Shown here: positions 31,570-38,898 of the stretch, piece by piece | Layout of the letters: each line of letters begins with the position of its first letter | Numbering within the stretch: position 1 is the stretch's first letter | Source of the DNA: a virus | Strand: one strand, 5' to 3' | Length of the DNA stretch: 64,000 nucleotides | Virus record (IMG/VR): IMGVR_UViG_3300020455_000616 | Program-made: the position numbers and the translations under genes | The notes under the pieces: generated by a model | What the model saw: the letters and a program-made list of their open reading frames with translations, nothing else | What the model was told of the DNA's origin: nothing | Database searches by the model: none

Positions 31570-31602
31570 ATTATAACCAATAAAAAACCCCCTTAGTGGG
31601 GG
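31570..31602 (-). promoter_or_regulatory. Terminator hairpin fused to a TATAAT -10 (cassette 1)
   Basis: Minus strand: CCCCC-ACTAA-GGGGG-TTTTTT-ATTGGT-TATAAT. Confidence 0.75.
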
Positions 31603-31625
31603 TGTTGCCTTATCGTAACATTTAG

Positions 31626-32258
31626 TTATATAAGGTTTTTATGTATCCTGCGATATGCGACCCACGTTATCGCTTGAATTTCAGATGCTGTTAGGATTTC
31701 GCCTGTCTCACTTTCTGTGATACTTGAGATTTCCATTGCCGCTTTTCTGTAATCATCTTGAATCAATTTGTATGTTTTAGGAGTCATGTTTGGTACGTCG
31801 TTTAGGTTAGTAACAGTACCATTCCATACATTGTAAGCATGCCCATCTATAGTGCAATCAGTTGTTTTTCCGTTAGTGCTAATATTAGCATAAAAGGATT
31901 TTGTCTTTTGCCCTGATAGTATGCCCTTAAGGGTTTCGTCATCACTAACGTTTCCTTCAAGAATAGCAATTGCTTTTAACTTTTGCTTACCATAAGTGCT
32001 AGGTTTGCACTCGGTTAAGTCTAAGTCATAAGAATTTGCCCTTAGCATCATTTCGGCATCTTCAACATTTCTATTCCATTTGTTGCTAGGACTTAAGGCA
32101 CTGATAACGGCACTTACTGTATTAGAGTGAACACCGTATTTTTTGCCTAAAGTGCAAGCGATAGAATAAGCATTTGAATACCAATTTTTGCCTTTGACTC
32201 TATCTACCTTAGAAGAACTAAAGTACATAGCGATTATAGAATCAATGTGACGAGTCAT
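31626..32258 (-). CDS. Conserved phage early protein, possibly HhH-GPD/endonuclease III-like fold (210 aa)
   Basis: KGKNWY, VISALSPSNKWNRN, GQKTKSFY and TIDGHAY (cf. G-x-K-T and V-D-x-H of HhH glycosylases). Confidence 0.55.
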   Translation of the reverse strand: MTRHIDSIIAMYFSSSKVDRVKGKNWYSNAYSIACTLGKKYGVHSNTVSAVISALSPSNKWNRNVEDAEMMLRANSYDLDLTECKPSTYGKQKLKAIAILEGNVSDDETLKGILSGQKTKSFYANISTNGKTTDCTIDGHAYNVWNGTVTNLNDVPNMTPKTYKLIQDDYRKAAMEISSITESETGEILTASEIQAITWVAYRRIHKNLI

Positions 32259-32331
32259 GATTTATTGCTTAACTATATTAATAATAACATAGCATAGGCA
32301 CGTTTCCAGACTGTTAACAATACTGTAACAA

Positions 32332-32538
32332 TTAAAAAAGCGATAATTGCATAGTGGTATTTGCTTCTTTAATATCTGTTATAGTCTCATCATACCAACC
32401 GTAATCCGTCGTCATGTCTTCATGAATTCCAGAGTTAAAAAACTCAATTGCCTCTTCTTTGTTTTTTGCCCTTACGACATAATCACAATAAGTCCAGTGC
32501 TTTGCTTCAATATAGAAGTCTTTAGTATCTTCAATCAT
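32332..32538 (-). CDS. Small hypothetical protein (start likely MIEDTK)
   Basis: ATGA overlap with the upstream ORF; VxAxNKEEA motif shared with the 34187 ORF. Confidence 0.65.
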   Translation of the reverse strand: MIEDTKDFYIEAKHWTYCDYVVRAKNKEEAIEFFNSGIHEDMTTDYGWYDETITDIKEANTTMQLSLF

Positions 32539-32651
32539 AATCCGTACCTTACTGTATTTGCTGACCATTGTAAACCGTCGGCAACTGTATTTCTAGCAGT
32601 TGGATTTTGACATATGATAACCGCTATTAAAGCGATAAGAATTAATTTCAT
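32535..32651 (-). CDS. 38-aa membrane/signal-peptide micro-protein (not in ORF track)
   Basis: MKLILIALIAVIICQNPTARNTVADGLQWSANTVRYGL; follows a promoter cassette. Confidence 0.7.
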   Translation of the reverse strand: MKLILIALIAVIICQNPTARNTVADGLQWSANTVRYGL

Positions 32652-32652
32652 A

Positions 32653-32728
32653 GTGGGTGAATAGACTCTGACTTTATTCTAACATAAAAAAAAGACCCCT
32701 TAAGAGGTCTTAATAATATTGTTGTAAT
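32653..32728 (-). repeat. 76-bp direct repeat, copy 1 (terminator + extended -10 + leader)
   Basis: 73/76 identical to 32838-32913; TGT-TAGAAT follows the U8 tract. Confidence 0.95.
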
Positions 32729-32837
32729 CGGTTAGAGTGTGGCGAGGATAAGGGCAGCGAGCGTAGTATTTTACAGGGCATGTAGCGGGTATGCTCTTAA
32801 AGCATATATCAACTATTTGTTGTGATGTTAGTTGCAT
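32700..32837 (-). CDS. 45-aa micro-ORF between the 76-bp repeats (not in ORF track)
   Basis: MQLTSQQIVDICFKSIPATCPVKYYARCPYPRHTLTDYNNIIKTS; ATG directly follows the repeat leader. Confidence 0.45.
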   Translation of the reverse strand: MQLTSQQIVDICFKSIPATCPVKYYARCPYPRHTLTDYNNIIKTS

Positions 32838-32913
32838 GTGGGTGAATAGACTCTGACTTTATTTTAACATAAAAAAAAGACCCCTTGCGAGGTCTTAATA
32901 ATATTGTTGTAAT
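32838..32913 (-). repeat. 76-bp direct repeat, copy 2
   Basis: Same unit with TGT-TAAAAT and a different hairpin loop. Confidence 0.95.
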
Positions 32914-33005
32914 TAGTCTTGTGATACAATAGCGTCAAGTGTTACTAATAGTTCATGACCATTTTCACATTCTGCTAGTAGATCAATCATTACATCAAAT
33001 GCCAT
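32913..33005 (-). CDS. 30-aa acidic micro-protein (not in ORF track)
   Basis: MAFDVMIDLLAECENGHELLVTLDAIVSQD. Confidence 0.6.
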   Translation of the reverse strand: MAFDVMIDLLAECENGHELLVTLDAIVSQD

Positions 33006-33034
33006 TTTAATAAATGCGAGGTTATAATAAAAAA

Positions 33035-33106
33035 ACGGGTAACTGTCACTCAAAGACATCTTACCCGTAATAATTGGCAACTGTCACTCAAAGACATCTT
33101 ACCAAT
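33035..33106 (-). repeat. Two tandem 34-nt hairpins (38-nt period) with identical apical sequence; the downstream one is a terminator
   Basis: AUUGGUAA-GAUGUCUUUGAGUGACAG-UUGCCAAU and ACGGGUAA-GAUGUCUUUGAGUGACAG-UUACCCGU followed by a U-tract. Confidence 0.9.
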
Positions 33107-33114
33107 AAAAAGAG

Positions 33115-33264
33115 TTAATCAATTAACTCTTCATACTCACGCCATTGTTTAGCGGAGATGTTTTCCCGTGGTGCGGATTCGTCAAGCGAGATTCCGAATA
33201 GTTCGGTATCATCGGCACTAACATCAAATAGAGATTCGTAGATCTCAGGAGTTAAAGCGTTCAT
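33115..33264 (-). CDS. 49-aa acidic micro-protein (not in ORF track)
   Basis: MNALTPEIYESLFDVSADDTELFGISLDESAPRENISAKQWREYEELID. Confidence 0.6.
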   Translation of the reverse strand: MNALTPEIYESLFDVSADDTELFGISLDESAPRENISAKQWREYEELID

Positions 33265-33282
33265 AATAAAAAGCACCTCAAG

Positions 33283-33313
33283 AATAATAAAACTAGGGAA
33301 TTGCTTCCCTAGT
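33283..33313 (-). terminator. Rho-independent terminator after the KTSC gene
   Basis: 8-bp stem actaggga/tccctagt followed by UUUUAUUAUU on the minus strand. Confidence 0.75.
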
Positions 33314-33324
33314 GGTATCCTATC

Positions 33325-33543
33325 TTAAACAGCAGTTAATGTGCCGCTTTTGATAGAATTGTTTACAAACCTTCCAACTGATTCGTTAGAAGTAACAACT
33401 CTTGATAGAGCAGTTGCAAATGCGTTTAGGTCAGTTAAACCGTAGGTATAAGATCTACCACCGTTAAAAGTGACTTCAACTGTATCTGCTTTAGCACCTT
33501 CTTTGATTGATTCAATCGCTGTGCTTGTGAATGTTGGGAACAT
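33325..33543 (-). CDS. KTSC-like domain protein
   Basis: STAIESI...VEVTFNGGRSYTY...SVGRFVNNSIK matches the KTSC pattern. Confidence 0.7.
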   Translation of the reverse strand: MFPTFTSTAIESIKEGAKADTVEVTFNGGRSYTYGLTDLNAFATALSRVVTSNESVGRFVNNSIKSGTLTAV

Positions 33544-33612
33544 AACAAAAAAATGTTTTTGGACAATTTAGGTTTTTTGAACGGGATGCCTAACCCCCGT
33601 TTGATATATTCT

Positions 33613-33641
33613 ATTATTGCATGAATTCAGGGATATGTCAA
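33613..33641 (-). promoter_or_regulatory. Sigma70-type promoter TTGACA-N17-AATAAT
   Basis: tgtcaa 33636-41 and attatt 33613-18 on the plus strand. Confidence 0.6.
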
Positions 33642-33768
33642 CATGTGCATGTGACGATATTTGAACTGGAATGTTGAGGCACGGATAACCAACGAATCGG
33701 TTTTATAGTGGGTTATTTAAGACGAACCCCTAACCTGCCCCCTATATCTAGACAAAAGTATTTTTGTA

Positions 33769-34023
33769 CTAGGTATAACTAGCAGCATCCTTGGCAATCT
33801 CGTGCCTAGCATTGTCTAGCAATTCTTCAAATAATTCCTCATCGTATTCATCAATCAATTCTTTTAATTCGATTCCCGAACAATCTCTAGTATGGAAGTC
33901 CATCATGCTATCATAACAGTATTGATACATTGTCTTCCAGTCCATACCATCGAGGATAATCTCCGTGTATTGTTCTGCAATACTCTCGAATTCATCAGAT
34001 TTTAAATCGTTAGGATTTGTCAT
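33769..34023 (-). CDS. Acidic early hypothetical protein
   Basis: YTEIILDGMDWKTMYQY...ELIDEYDEELFEEL; ATGA overlap. Confidence 0.75.
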   Translation of the reverse strand: MTNPNDLKSDEFESIAEQYTEIILDGMDWKTMYQYCYDSMMDFHTRDCSGIELKELIDEYDEELFEELLDNARHEIAKDAASYT

Positions 34024-34190
34024 TGTACCTCGATAGATTCAATAAATGTGTTACAATAAGTCTCAAGACGTGACCTGACCAAATCCTTACTGTATGGGAT
34101 TTTGTCATCATCTTCACCGACATAATAAAAAAATTGCCCTATGTTTGAGATCAAAGTCTCAAGAGCAATCTCGTTCTTTGTGTAACTCAT
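34020..34190 (-). CDS. Hypothetical protein (start likely MSYTKN)
   Basis: Coupled start/stop overlaps with both neighbours. Confidence 0.65.
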   Translation of the reverse strand: MSYTKNEIALETLISNIGQFFYYVGEDDDKIPYSKDLVRSRLETYCNTFIESIEVQ

Positions 34191-34354
34191 GCTAATAACA
34201 CCTCCTCGATCTCCCATTCAGATACTGCTTCCGAGATAACTTCATAAGCATTGACGTTTTTATGGACGAGATCTCTTGCCTCCTCAGCGTCTGGTGCTGT
34301 TACGGCGACAGTAAAATAAACTGTCTCGCTGCACATGACATTAAATTCAGGCAT
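34187..34354 (-). CDS. 55-aa hypothetical protein (not in ORF track)
   Basis: MPEFNVMCSETVYFTVAVTAPDAEEARDLVHKNVNAYEVISEAVSEWEIEEVLLA; GGAG upstream. Confidence 0.7.
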   Translation of the reverse strand: MPEFNVMCSETVYFTVAVTAPDAEEARDLVHKNVNAYEVISEAVSEWEIEEVLLA

Positions 34355-34359
34355 TTAAT

Positions 34360-34570
34360 CTCCGTGATAGTTTGGGGGGTGTGGAGTTCGACTTCAAAAC
34401 TGTCTTTTCAGATGTCCTAGAACATCAGCAGTACAAGAGGTTCGACTTAAAGAGTTTTCCACAGCGTGAATCAAAGATCATCTGAATTGTTTTACTCACC
34501 CGTGCCTTGCGTCTCACTCCACGATAAGTAGCAGATGTCTGACCGAAGTCTCAGGGATGCCAACTTATAC
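34360..34570 (-). ncRNA. Candidate structured leader or sRNA
   Basis: About 210 nt without a substantial ORF, behind an extended -10; cUUCGg hairpin, nested stems, duplicated AAGUCGAAC and GACAUCUG. Confidence 0.45.
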
Positions 34571-34574
34571 ATGT

Positions 34575-34583
34575 ATTATAACA
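34575..34583 (-). promoter_or_regulatory. Extended -10 promoter TGTTATAAT with two upstream GTCGAGAT boxes
   Basis: attataaca on the plus strand; boxes at 34612 and 34645. Confidence 0.65.
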
Positions 34584-34619
34584 TAGAATAGAGACTATCT
34601 ATGATATACTGGTCGAGAT

Positions 34620-34790
34620 TTAACAATCATTTAATGATTGACTGGTCGAGATTTGATCCTTGATACTATAATAGATTTTGTACAGTGGATCATCCTTAAG
34701 ATCAGGATCTTCACTAGATTCATCTATTATCCATTGATAACTATCAAGGATATCTTCAACCTCTGAATTGGTGAACTTAAGAACTACCAT
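34620..34790 (-). CDS. Hypothetical protein (start likely MVVLKF)
   Basis: ORF track; acidic. Confidence 0.55.
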   Translation of the reverse strand: MVVLKFTNSEVEDILDSYQWIIDESSEDPDLKDDPLYKIYYSIKDQISTSQSLNDC

Positions 34791-34962
34791 TGACTTCACT
34801 AGTATCTTGAATGGTGAACTCAACACCCATATCAAGGTAAAAACCAATGTCCTCTAATTGACAGTTGGTTAATGTGTCATTCTTTAAGTAGTAGAATGTC
34901 ACATCATCATCCCTATCGTACTTTGATAGGGATTCGATTAATTTTGATACCTTCATGACCAT
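34777..34962 (-). CDS. Hypothetical protein
   Basis: MKVSKLIESLSKYDRDDDV is a common phage small-protein N-terminal pattern. Confidence 0.65.
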   Translation of the reverse strand: MVMKVSKLIESLSKYDRDDDVTFYYLKNDTLTNCQLEDIGFYLDMGVEFTIQDTSEVNGSS

Positions 34963-35180
34963 TGACCCATGAGCAAACTCATGAATAAATTGTATTCTCT
35001 GTCAGTATAAGGTCTTCGGTCTTTAGGACTAAAATCCTGCCAGTCAGTGCCATCAATTTGGAATGATAGTTGACCATCTTTAACATACCACCAGAACTGA
35101 TCATCATCAGATTCATAATGATGTACGTAACCATCATCACCTGTATGTGCGAGGTCGTTATCAAATACGTAATCAATCAT
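34953..35180 (-). CDS. Hypothetical protein (start likely MIDYVF)
   Basis: ORF track; overlaps neighbours in operon fashion. Confidence 0.65.
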   Translation of the reverse strand: MIDYVFDNDLAHTGDDGYVHHYESDDDQFWWYVKDGQLSFQIDGTDWQDFSPKDRRPYTDREYNLFMSLLMGQWS

Positions 35181-35352
35181 CCAAGTCACCATAAAACGGG
35201 GTGAACTTATCCTGCTCCATGTGATATTTTGTCACTTGAGCGGTGCTCTCATATCCAGAATCCAAATATGCTTGAATCTCTTCGCATAGTGAATGTGGAT
35301 TAACGCCATCATCAGGAGCACATTCGATGATGCATGTGAATTTAAGTTCCAT
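35173..35352 (-). CDS. 59-aa hypothetical protein (not in ORF track)
   Basis: MELKFTCIIECAPDDGVNPHSLCEEIQAYLDSGYESTAQVTKYHMEQDKFTPFYGDLDD. Confidence 0.6.
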   Translation of the reverse strand: MELKFTCIIECAPDDGVNPHSLCEEIQAYLDSGYESTAQVTKYHMEQDKFTPFYGDLDD

Positions 35353-35409
35353 TAGATGTCATTCAGGGGAGATTGTCCCCTCCTGATCGGAGGGGTTTTG
35401 GATTGAGGT

Positions 35410-35547
35410 TTAGTTTGATGCAAAAACCTTCTCCCATAATGTATCAAATGCGTCTTGATCCATATGATCGGGGATGCCAACATCGCCAAGGAATGATAAA
35501 CATTCTGCGAGGACGATATCTTCTGCATCGGTGAATTCGTAATTCAT
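35410..35547 (-). CDS. 45-aa acidic micro-protein (not in ORF track)
   Basis: MNYEFTDAEDIVLAECLSFLGDVGIPDHMDQDAFDTLWEKVFASN; GAGG upstream. Confidence 0.65.
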   Translation of the reverse strand: MNYEFTDAEDIVLAECLSFLGDVGIPDHMDQDAFDTLWEKVFASN

Positions 35548-35578
35548 TGAAGATGATTCCTCGGTTGTTTACTCTTCT

Positions 35579-35612
35579 ATTATACAATAAAAAAGTCCCC
35601 TTAGTGGGGACT
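35579..35612 (-). promoter_or_regulatory. Terminator/-10 cassette
   Basis: AGTCCCC-ACTAA-GGGGACT-TTTTT-ATTG-TATAAT; same ACTAA loop as 31570. Confidence 0.75.
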
Positions 35613-35623
35613 GTAATAAAGAT

Positions 35624-35929
35624 TTAATGATTTGTAACCTTTGCTTCTTGCTGTTGTTTTAAAATGCAGAGGTGATGAATTGTGAATAGAATGTGGAAGT
35701 CCACATCTGACCAGTCATCCCACTCTCCAACATAACCAACAGTGTTTATGTCATATGCATCACCCTTAACAAATGATGCAGCAGAACAAAAGTCGTCATT
35801 ATCATCTAAGAAGAAGTGCATCCCAAAGACTTCGGAAGGCACTGGTTTATGAGATGGTTTGAGCATAGTCCCAAAGTTTGATAAAATTACGTAACCAAGC
35901 ATCATGTTCAGGTAAAAAATCCTGCTCAT
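35624..35929 (-). CDS. Hypothetical early protein (true start probably internal)
   Basis: FGMHFFLDDNDDFCSAASFVKG...VGEWDDW; a separate 31-aa ORF (35847-35942) overlaps its 5' end. Confidence 0.55.
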   Translation of the reverse strand: MSRIFYLNMMLGYVILSNFGTMLKPSHKPVPSEVFGMHFFLDDNDDFCSAASFVKGDAYDINTVGYVGEWDDWSDVDFHILFTIHHLCILKQQQEAKVTNH

Positions 35930-36022
35930 CTGCTGACACCATTGGCAGTTTATGCTTTATAACATAATCTGCATAGACTTCATGTAAGAAGTCTATCGCA
36001 TCCATTTGCATTGTGAGTCCCT

Positions 36023-36154
36023 TCATGACATAATCCTCTCAAAAAATGTGGTGATCTCAGGAGGTAAATCCTCAATCATGCCATTATCTCTAAGAAGATC
36101 GTAGAGTTTGATGAGATGATATTGTTCATCCCATGTAATCTCATAGGTGTTCAT
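36023..36154 (-). CDS. 43-aa micro-protein (not in ORF track)
   Basis: MNTYEITWDEQYHLIKLYDLLRDNGMIEDLPPEITTFFERIMS; ATGA coupling. Confidence 0.6.
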   Translation of the reverse strand: MNTYEITWDEQYHLIKLYDLLRDNGMIEDLPPEITTFFERIMS

Positions 36155-36312
36155 AATTGGTTCTCCCAAACTGTTGACTTAAAACGCTTAACTGCTTTAT
36201 CCAGCAGTTTGATGTCTCCGTCGCAAATGTCAGCGGCAGACTCATCCTCTATGTGAGCGAATGAGTTGTTAATATCTCCGATGAGAGTTAACAGTGCTTC
36301 GTAGTTAGTCAT
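36151..36312 (-). CDS. 53-aa micro-protein (not in ORF track)
   Basis: MTNYEALLTLIGDINNSFAHIEDESAADICDGDIKLLDKAVKRFKSTVWENQL; ATGA coupling. Confidence 0.6.
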   Translation of the reverse strand: MTNYEALLTLIGDINNSFAHIEDESAADICDGDIKLLDKAVKRFKSTVWENQL

Positions 36313-36449
36313 GCTACGCAAAACTCCCTCATGTAGTAATCACATGTGAGTTCCAAGCGTTCTGCTTCTAACTCAACTTCAGCAAAGAAGGCATCCATTG
36401 CCTTCTTCTCATCTGGTAAATGCTTGTGGATGTTTGCCCAGTTGATCAT
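36309..36449 (-). CDS. 46-aa micro-protein (not in ORF track)
   Basis: MINWANIHKHLPDEKKAMDAFFAEVELEAERLELTCDYYMREFCVA. Confidence 0.6.
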   Translation of the reverse strand: MINWANIHKHLPDEKKAMDAFFAEVELEAERLELTCDYYMREFCVA

Positions 36450-36501
36450 TACCTTAGCAACATTTAAATCTTCCATAGTAAGAATTGTATGTTACTCCTA
36501 T

Positions 36502-36535
36502 ATGATAACATAAAAAAAGCACCCCGAAGGGTGCT
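36502..36535 (-). promoter_or_regulatory. Terminator (UUCG loop) fused to an extended -10 TGT-TATCAT
   Basis: AGCACCC-TTCG-GGGTGCT-TTTTTT-A-TGT-TATCAT. Confidence 0.8.
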
Positions 36536-36557
36536 ATGATGAGATAGTAACAATTCG

Positions 36558-36971
36558 TTACGTAGGAATTGCAACTCTGTTGTGCTGGCATGGTCGCTTA
36601 ACTTCGGAGAATTGACCAAAATTATCAGTCTCCCAAGCATCCCATTTACCATCTCTGAAGAGATACGCATATTCACCGTCACTCTGCCAGGATAAAAATT
36701 CATTGACAGTCTGGTGAAGTTCGGGTGGACAATTCTCACCACGTAAAGAATAATACTGAACGTGTTCAGGAACTTCCTTTAGATCCCAATTGTGAGTACT
36801 CATGCAAGATGACATGTCGCCACCGTCGATGAGTTCACTTGCTTTGTCATAAGAATTAAATGACTTAACAAGTTTTTTGCCTAACCCTTCAGGGTATCCA
36901 TCCCAATGGTGGTATGCGCTAAGTACGCTGCCATCTTCTAGTTGAAGACCAATTCTGGAACGGGTTCCCAT
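36558..36971 (-). CDS. Conserved phage early protein (MGTRSRIG / HWDGYP family)
   Basis: MGTRSRIGLQL...YHHWDGYPEGLGKKL...GGDMSS...EYAYLF. Confidence 0.8.
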   Translation of the reverse strand: MGTRSRIGLQLEDGSVLSAYHHWDGYPEGLGKKLVKSFNSYDKASELIDGGDMSSCMSTHNWDLKEVPEHVQYYSLRGENCPPELHQTVNEFLSWQSDGEYAYLFRDGKWDAWETDNFGQFSEVKRPCQHNRVAIPT

Positions 36972-37165
36972 AAGATTCAATTTTGTAGGTACGCTCTTAT
37001 TATAGCAGCGGGGAACCTACATATGCTCACTCTTAATATAATTGTAATAAACTGAAATATTTAAATCCACACAAAAAATTGTCACACTGTCGTGTGGCGA
37101 TATTGTATTATATGGTACAATGATTGGTTATGTGGTGCGTCCATTCGACGTACCCTTGTGCCAAT

Positions 37166-37375
37166 TTACCATTCTGGTTCTTCGTTAACATAGTTAACTG
37201 TAGGAGTAGGGATCTCTAGATCCTCTACGTACACTTCTACGTCCTCCGATTCTTGTAAATCGAAGACTTTAGTGTAGTCTACTTGGCGAGGGTCGAAGTC
37301 CCCCATCACACTCATGTCGAGTGTTACACGATAACGTTGCAAATGTACGTCATCATATGCTTTAGTTGATCCCAT
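37166..37375 (-). CDS. Hypothetical protein (start likely MGSTKA)
   Basis: RYRVTLDMSVMGDFDPRQVDYTKVFDLQESE. Confidence 0.65.
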   Translation of the reverse strand: MGSTKAYDDVHLQRYRVTLDMSVMGDFDPRQVDYTKVFDLQESEDVEVYVEDLEIPTPTVNYVNEEPEW

Positions 37376-37479
37376 AATGGTGGCAGCATGTGAGATATGA
37401 TCATTATAACATAACCGCAGCACACTTGGCAAGGCGTGTGTGGTTCTCATAACATCTATTTAGTAATTGATGTTACACT

Positions 37480-37895
37480 TTGTTATGATTGAATGACATA
37501 AGATGATTATAGCACATGACACACATCTGGTCGAGACTTTATGAAGTAATATGACATGTGATACTAGTCGAGATTTCTGTGCGGTTATCCCTACTTGACT
37601 AATGATTGATTATTTTGGATATAATGACATGATATCTCGTCGAGATTTCTGTGATTTATGATGATATGAGGTCTCGTCGAGATTTGCTGACATCCCCTGT
37701 TATTTTTCTTCGCATCCCTTGACATTTTCGTGCGGTTGTGATAGGTCGCAGTCTAAGATCACAAGGATCTGACACCTATAAAATGATAGTAAAGGATAGT
37801 ATCCTGAGAATGACTATCAATAAGCATACAAAACACGCATTTATATTTAAAATAACCTTTTTTATATAAAATAAATGTATTTCTGTATCATTTAA
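37480..37895. other. Gene-free region with phased GTCGAGAT boxes, opposite-strand promoter-like elements and an AT-rich tract (origin candidate)
   Basis: Boxes at 37530, 37567, 37639, 37676; TTGACT-N19-TATAAT on plus (37595-37625); TTGACA at 37719; AT tract 37838-37895. Confidence 0.5.
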
Positions 37896-38056
37896 TACCT
37901 TTTGAACCTAATCTGTCTGTCTATACTATCTAACAATTCATCCATTGTTCGCAAGTCTATGTGTACTAAATCTATGCCTTTATTCCACCTACTTTGCAAT
38001 GGTGCTAACCCTCCTATAATTGGTGGTCTCCACCACATTGGTAGTCCATCATTCAT
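37892..38056 (-). CDS. 54-aa hypothetical protein (not in ORF track)
   Basis: MNDGLPMWWRPPIIGGLAPLQSRWNKGIDLVHIDLRTMDELLDSIDRQIRFKRY. Confidence 0.45.
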   Translation of the reverse strand: MNDGLPMWWRPPIIGGLAPLQSRWNKGIDLVHIDLRTMDELLDSIDRQIRFKRY

Positions 38057-38256
38057 GCTGAATTCCCCTGTAAATGTCTCTCATTGACTTGCGATAAGTC
38101 CTACTATGAGTACCATGTAAATACTGTTCAAAAACAGTAAATTATATACGGTTTTCTTACTGATATTTAACTTGTTCTTTAACCTGTATAATATCTGTAC
38201 ACACATCACCATAATGATGATGAATAACACTATGAGACTATCGGTTAATTCCCATA

Positions 38257-38898
38257 TCATATGATATCACCACTCACACATACTCTGTATAAGTTATGAT
38301 TAGTTCTACTTGCATGTACTTCGTGCATCATTCGACTTGGGAAGAATAACATTGTATTCTCTGCACCATCATGCATTTTTACATTTAACTTCTCTGGTAG
38401 TCCTATGATGTTACTATAGTGAAGTACAAAGTCACTACTCTCTGGATCTTCTAACTGTTCTACTTCATTGTTCGTTGGTACTTGTATCCATGCAGCAAAA
38501 GAGAATACACCATTGTGATAATGTGCAGGAGCATACTCATCTGGTGTGTTAATCCTTGCCCAGAATCTTTGCATCAGAGGTTTTTTATCTCCTTGTACCA
38601 AATGTTCAACTGCAAGATCAGACATGACACAATACTGAGTGATCACTGGTCTTATCACATCATTGAAGAATTCATCATTCTCATCTACCAACTCCATCAA
38701 GTCATTGGTAAATGTTGGTTTACGATTGACAACTGCATCACCACTGAACTCTAATGTATTAATCCATTGCTTACCCATTGTGGGATGTACCTTCTCATTT
38801 GCTTTTTTGATATACTTGAATAAGAGTTTAACATGTTCATCACTGAGATCAACACTGAGTATCGGATAATTTGGTACATCAAGTTTGCGTATCTTCAT
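38257..38898 (-). CDS. Putative 2OG-Fe(II) oxygenase (TIGR02466-like)
   Basis: PAHYHNGVFSFAAWIQVP...MLFFPSRMMHEV...RVCVSGDI. Confidence 0.8.
   Translation of the reverse strand: MKIRKLDVPNYPILSVDLSDEHVKLLFKYIKKANEKVHPTMGKQWINTLEFSGDAVVNRKPTFTNDLMELVDENDEFFNDVIRPVITQYCVMSDLAVEHLVQGDKKPLMQRFWARINTPDEYAPAHYHNGVFSFAAWIQVPTNNEVEQLEDPESSDFVLHYSNIIGLPEKLNVKMHDGAENTMLFFPSRMMHEVHASRTNHNLYRVCVSGDII

Noticed and set aside
33035-33106. Mini-CRISPR array
   Set aside because: Only two units with a 13-nt gap between the shared 25-mers; no spacer-length unique sequences and no cas genes
34381-34451. tRNA fragments suggested by GTTCGA
   Set aside because: No T-stem pairing and no cloverleaf on either strand
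37530-37683. Degenerate CRISPR array
   Set aside because: Repeated core is only ~10 nt with low-complexity ATGA-rich spacers; iteron-like instead
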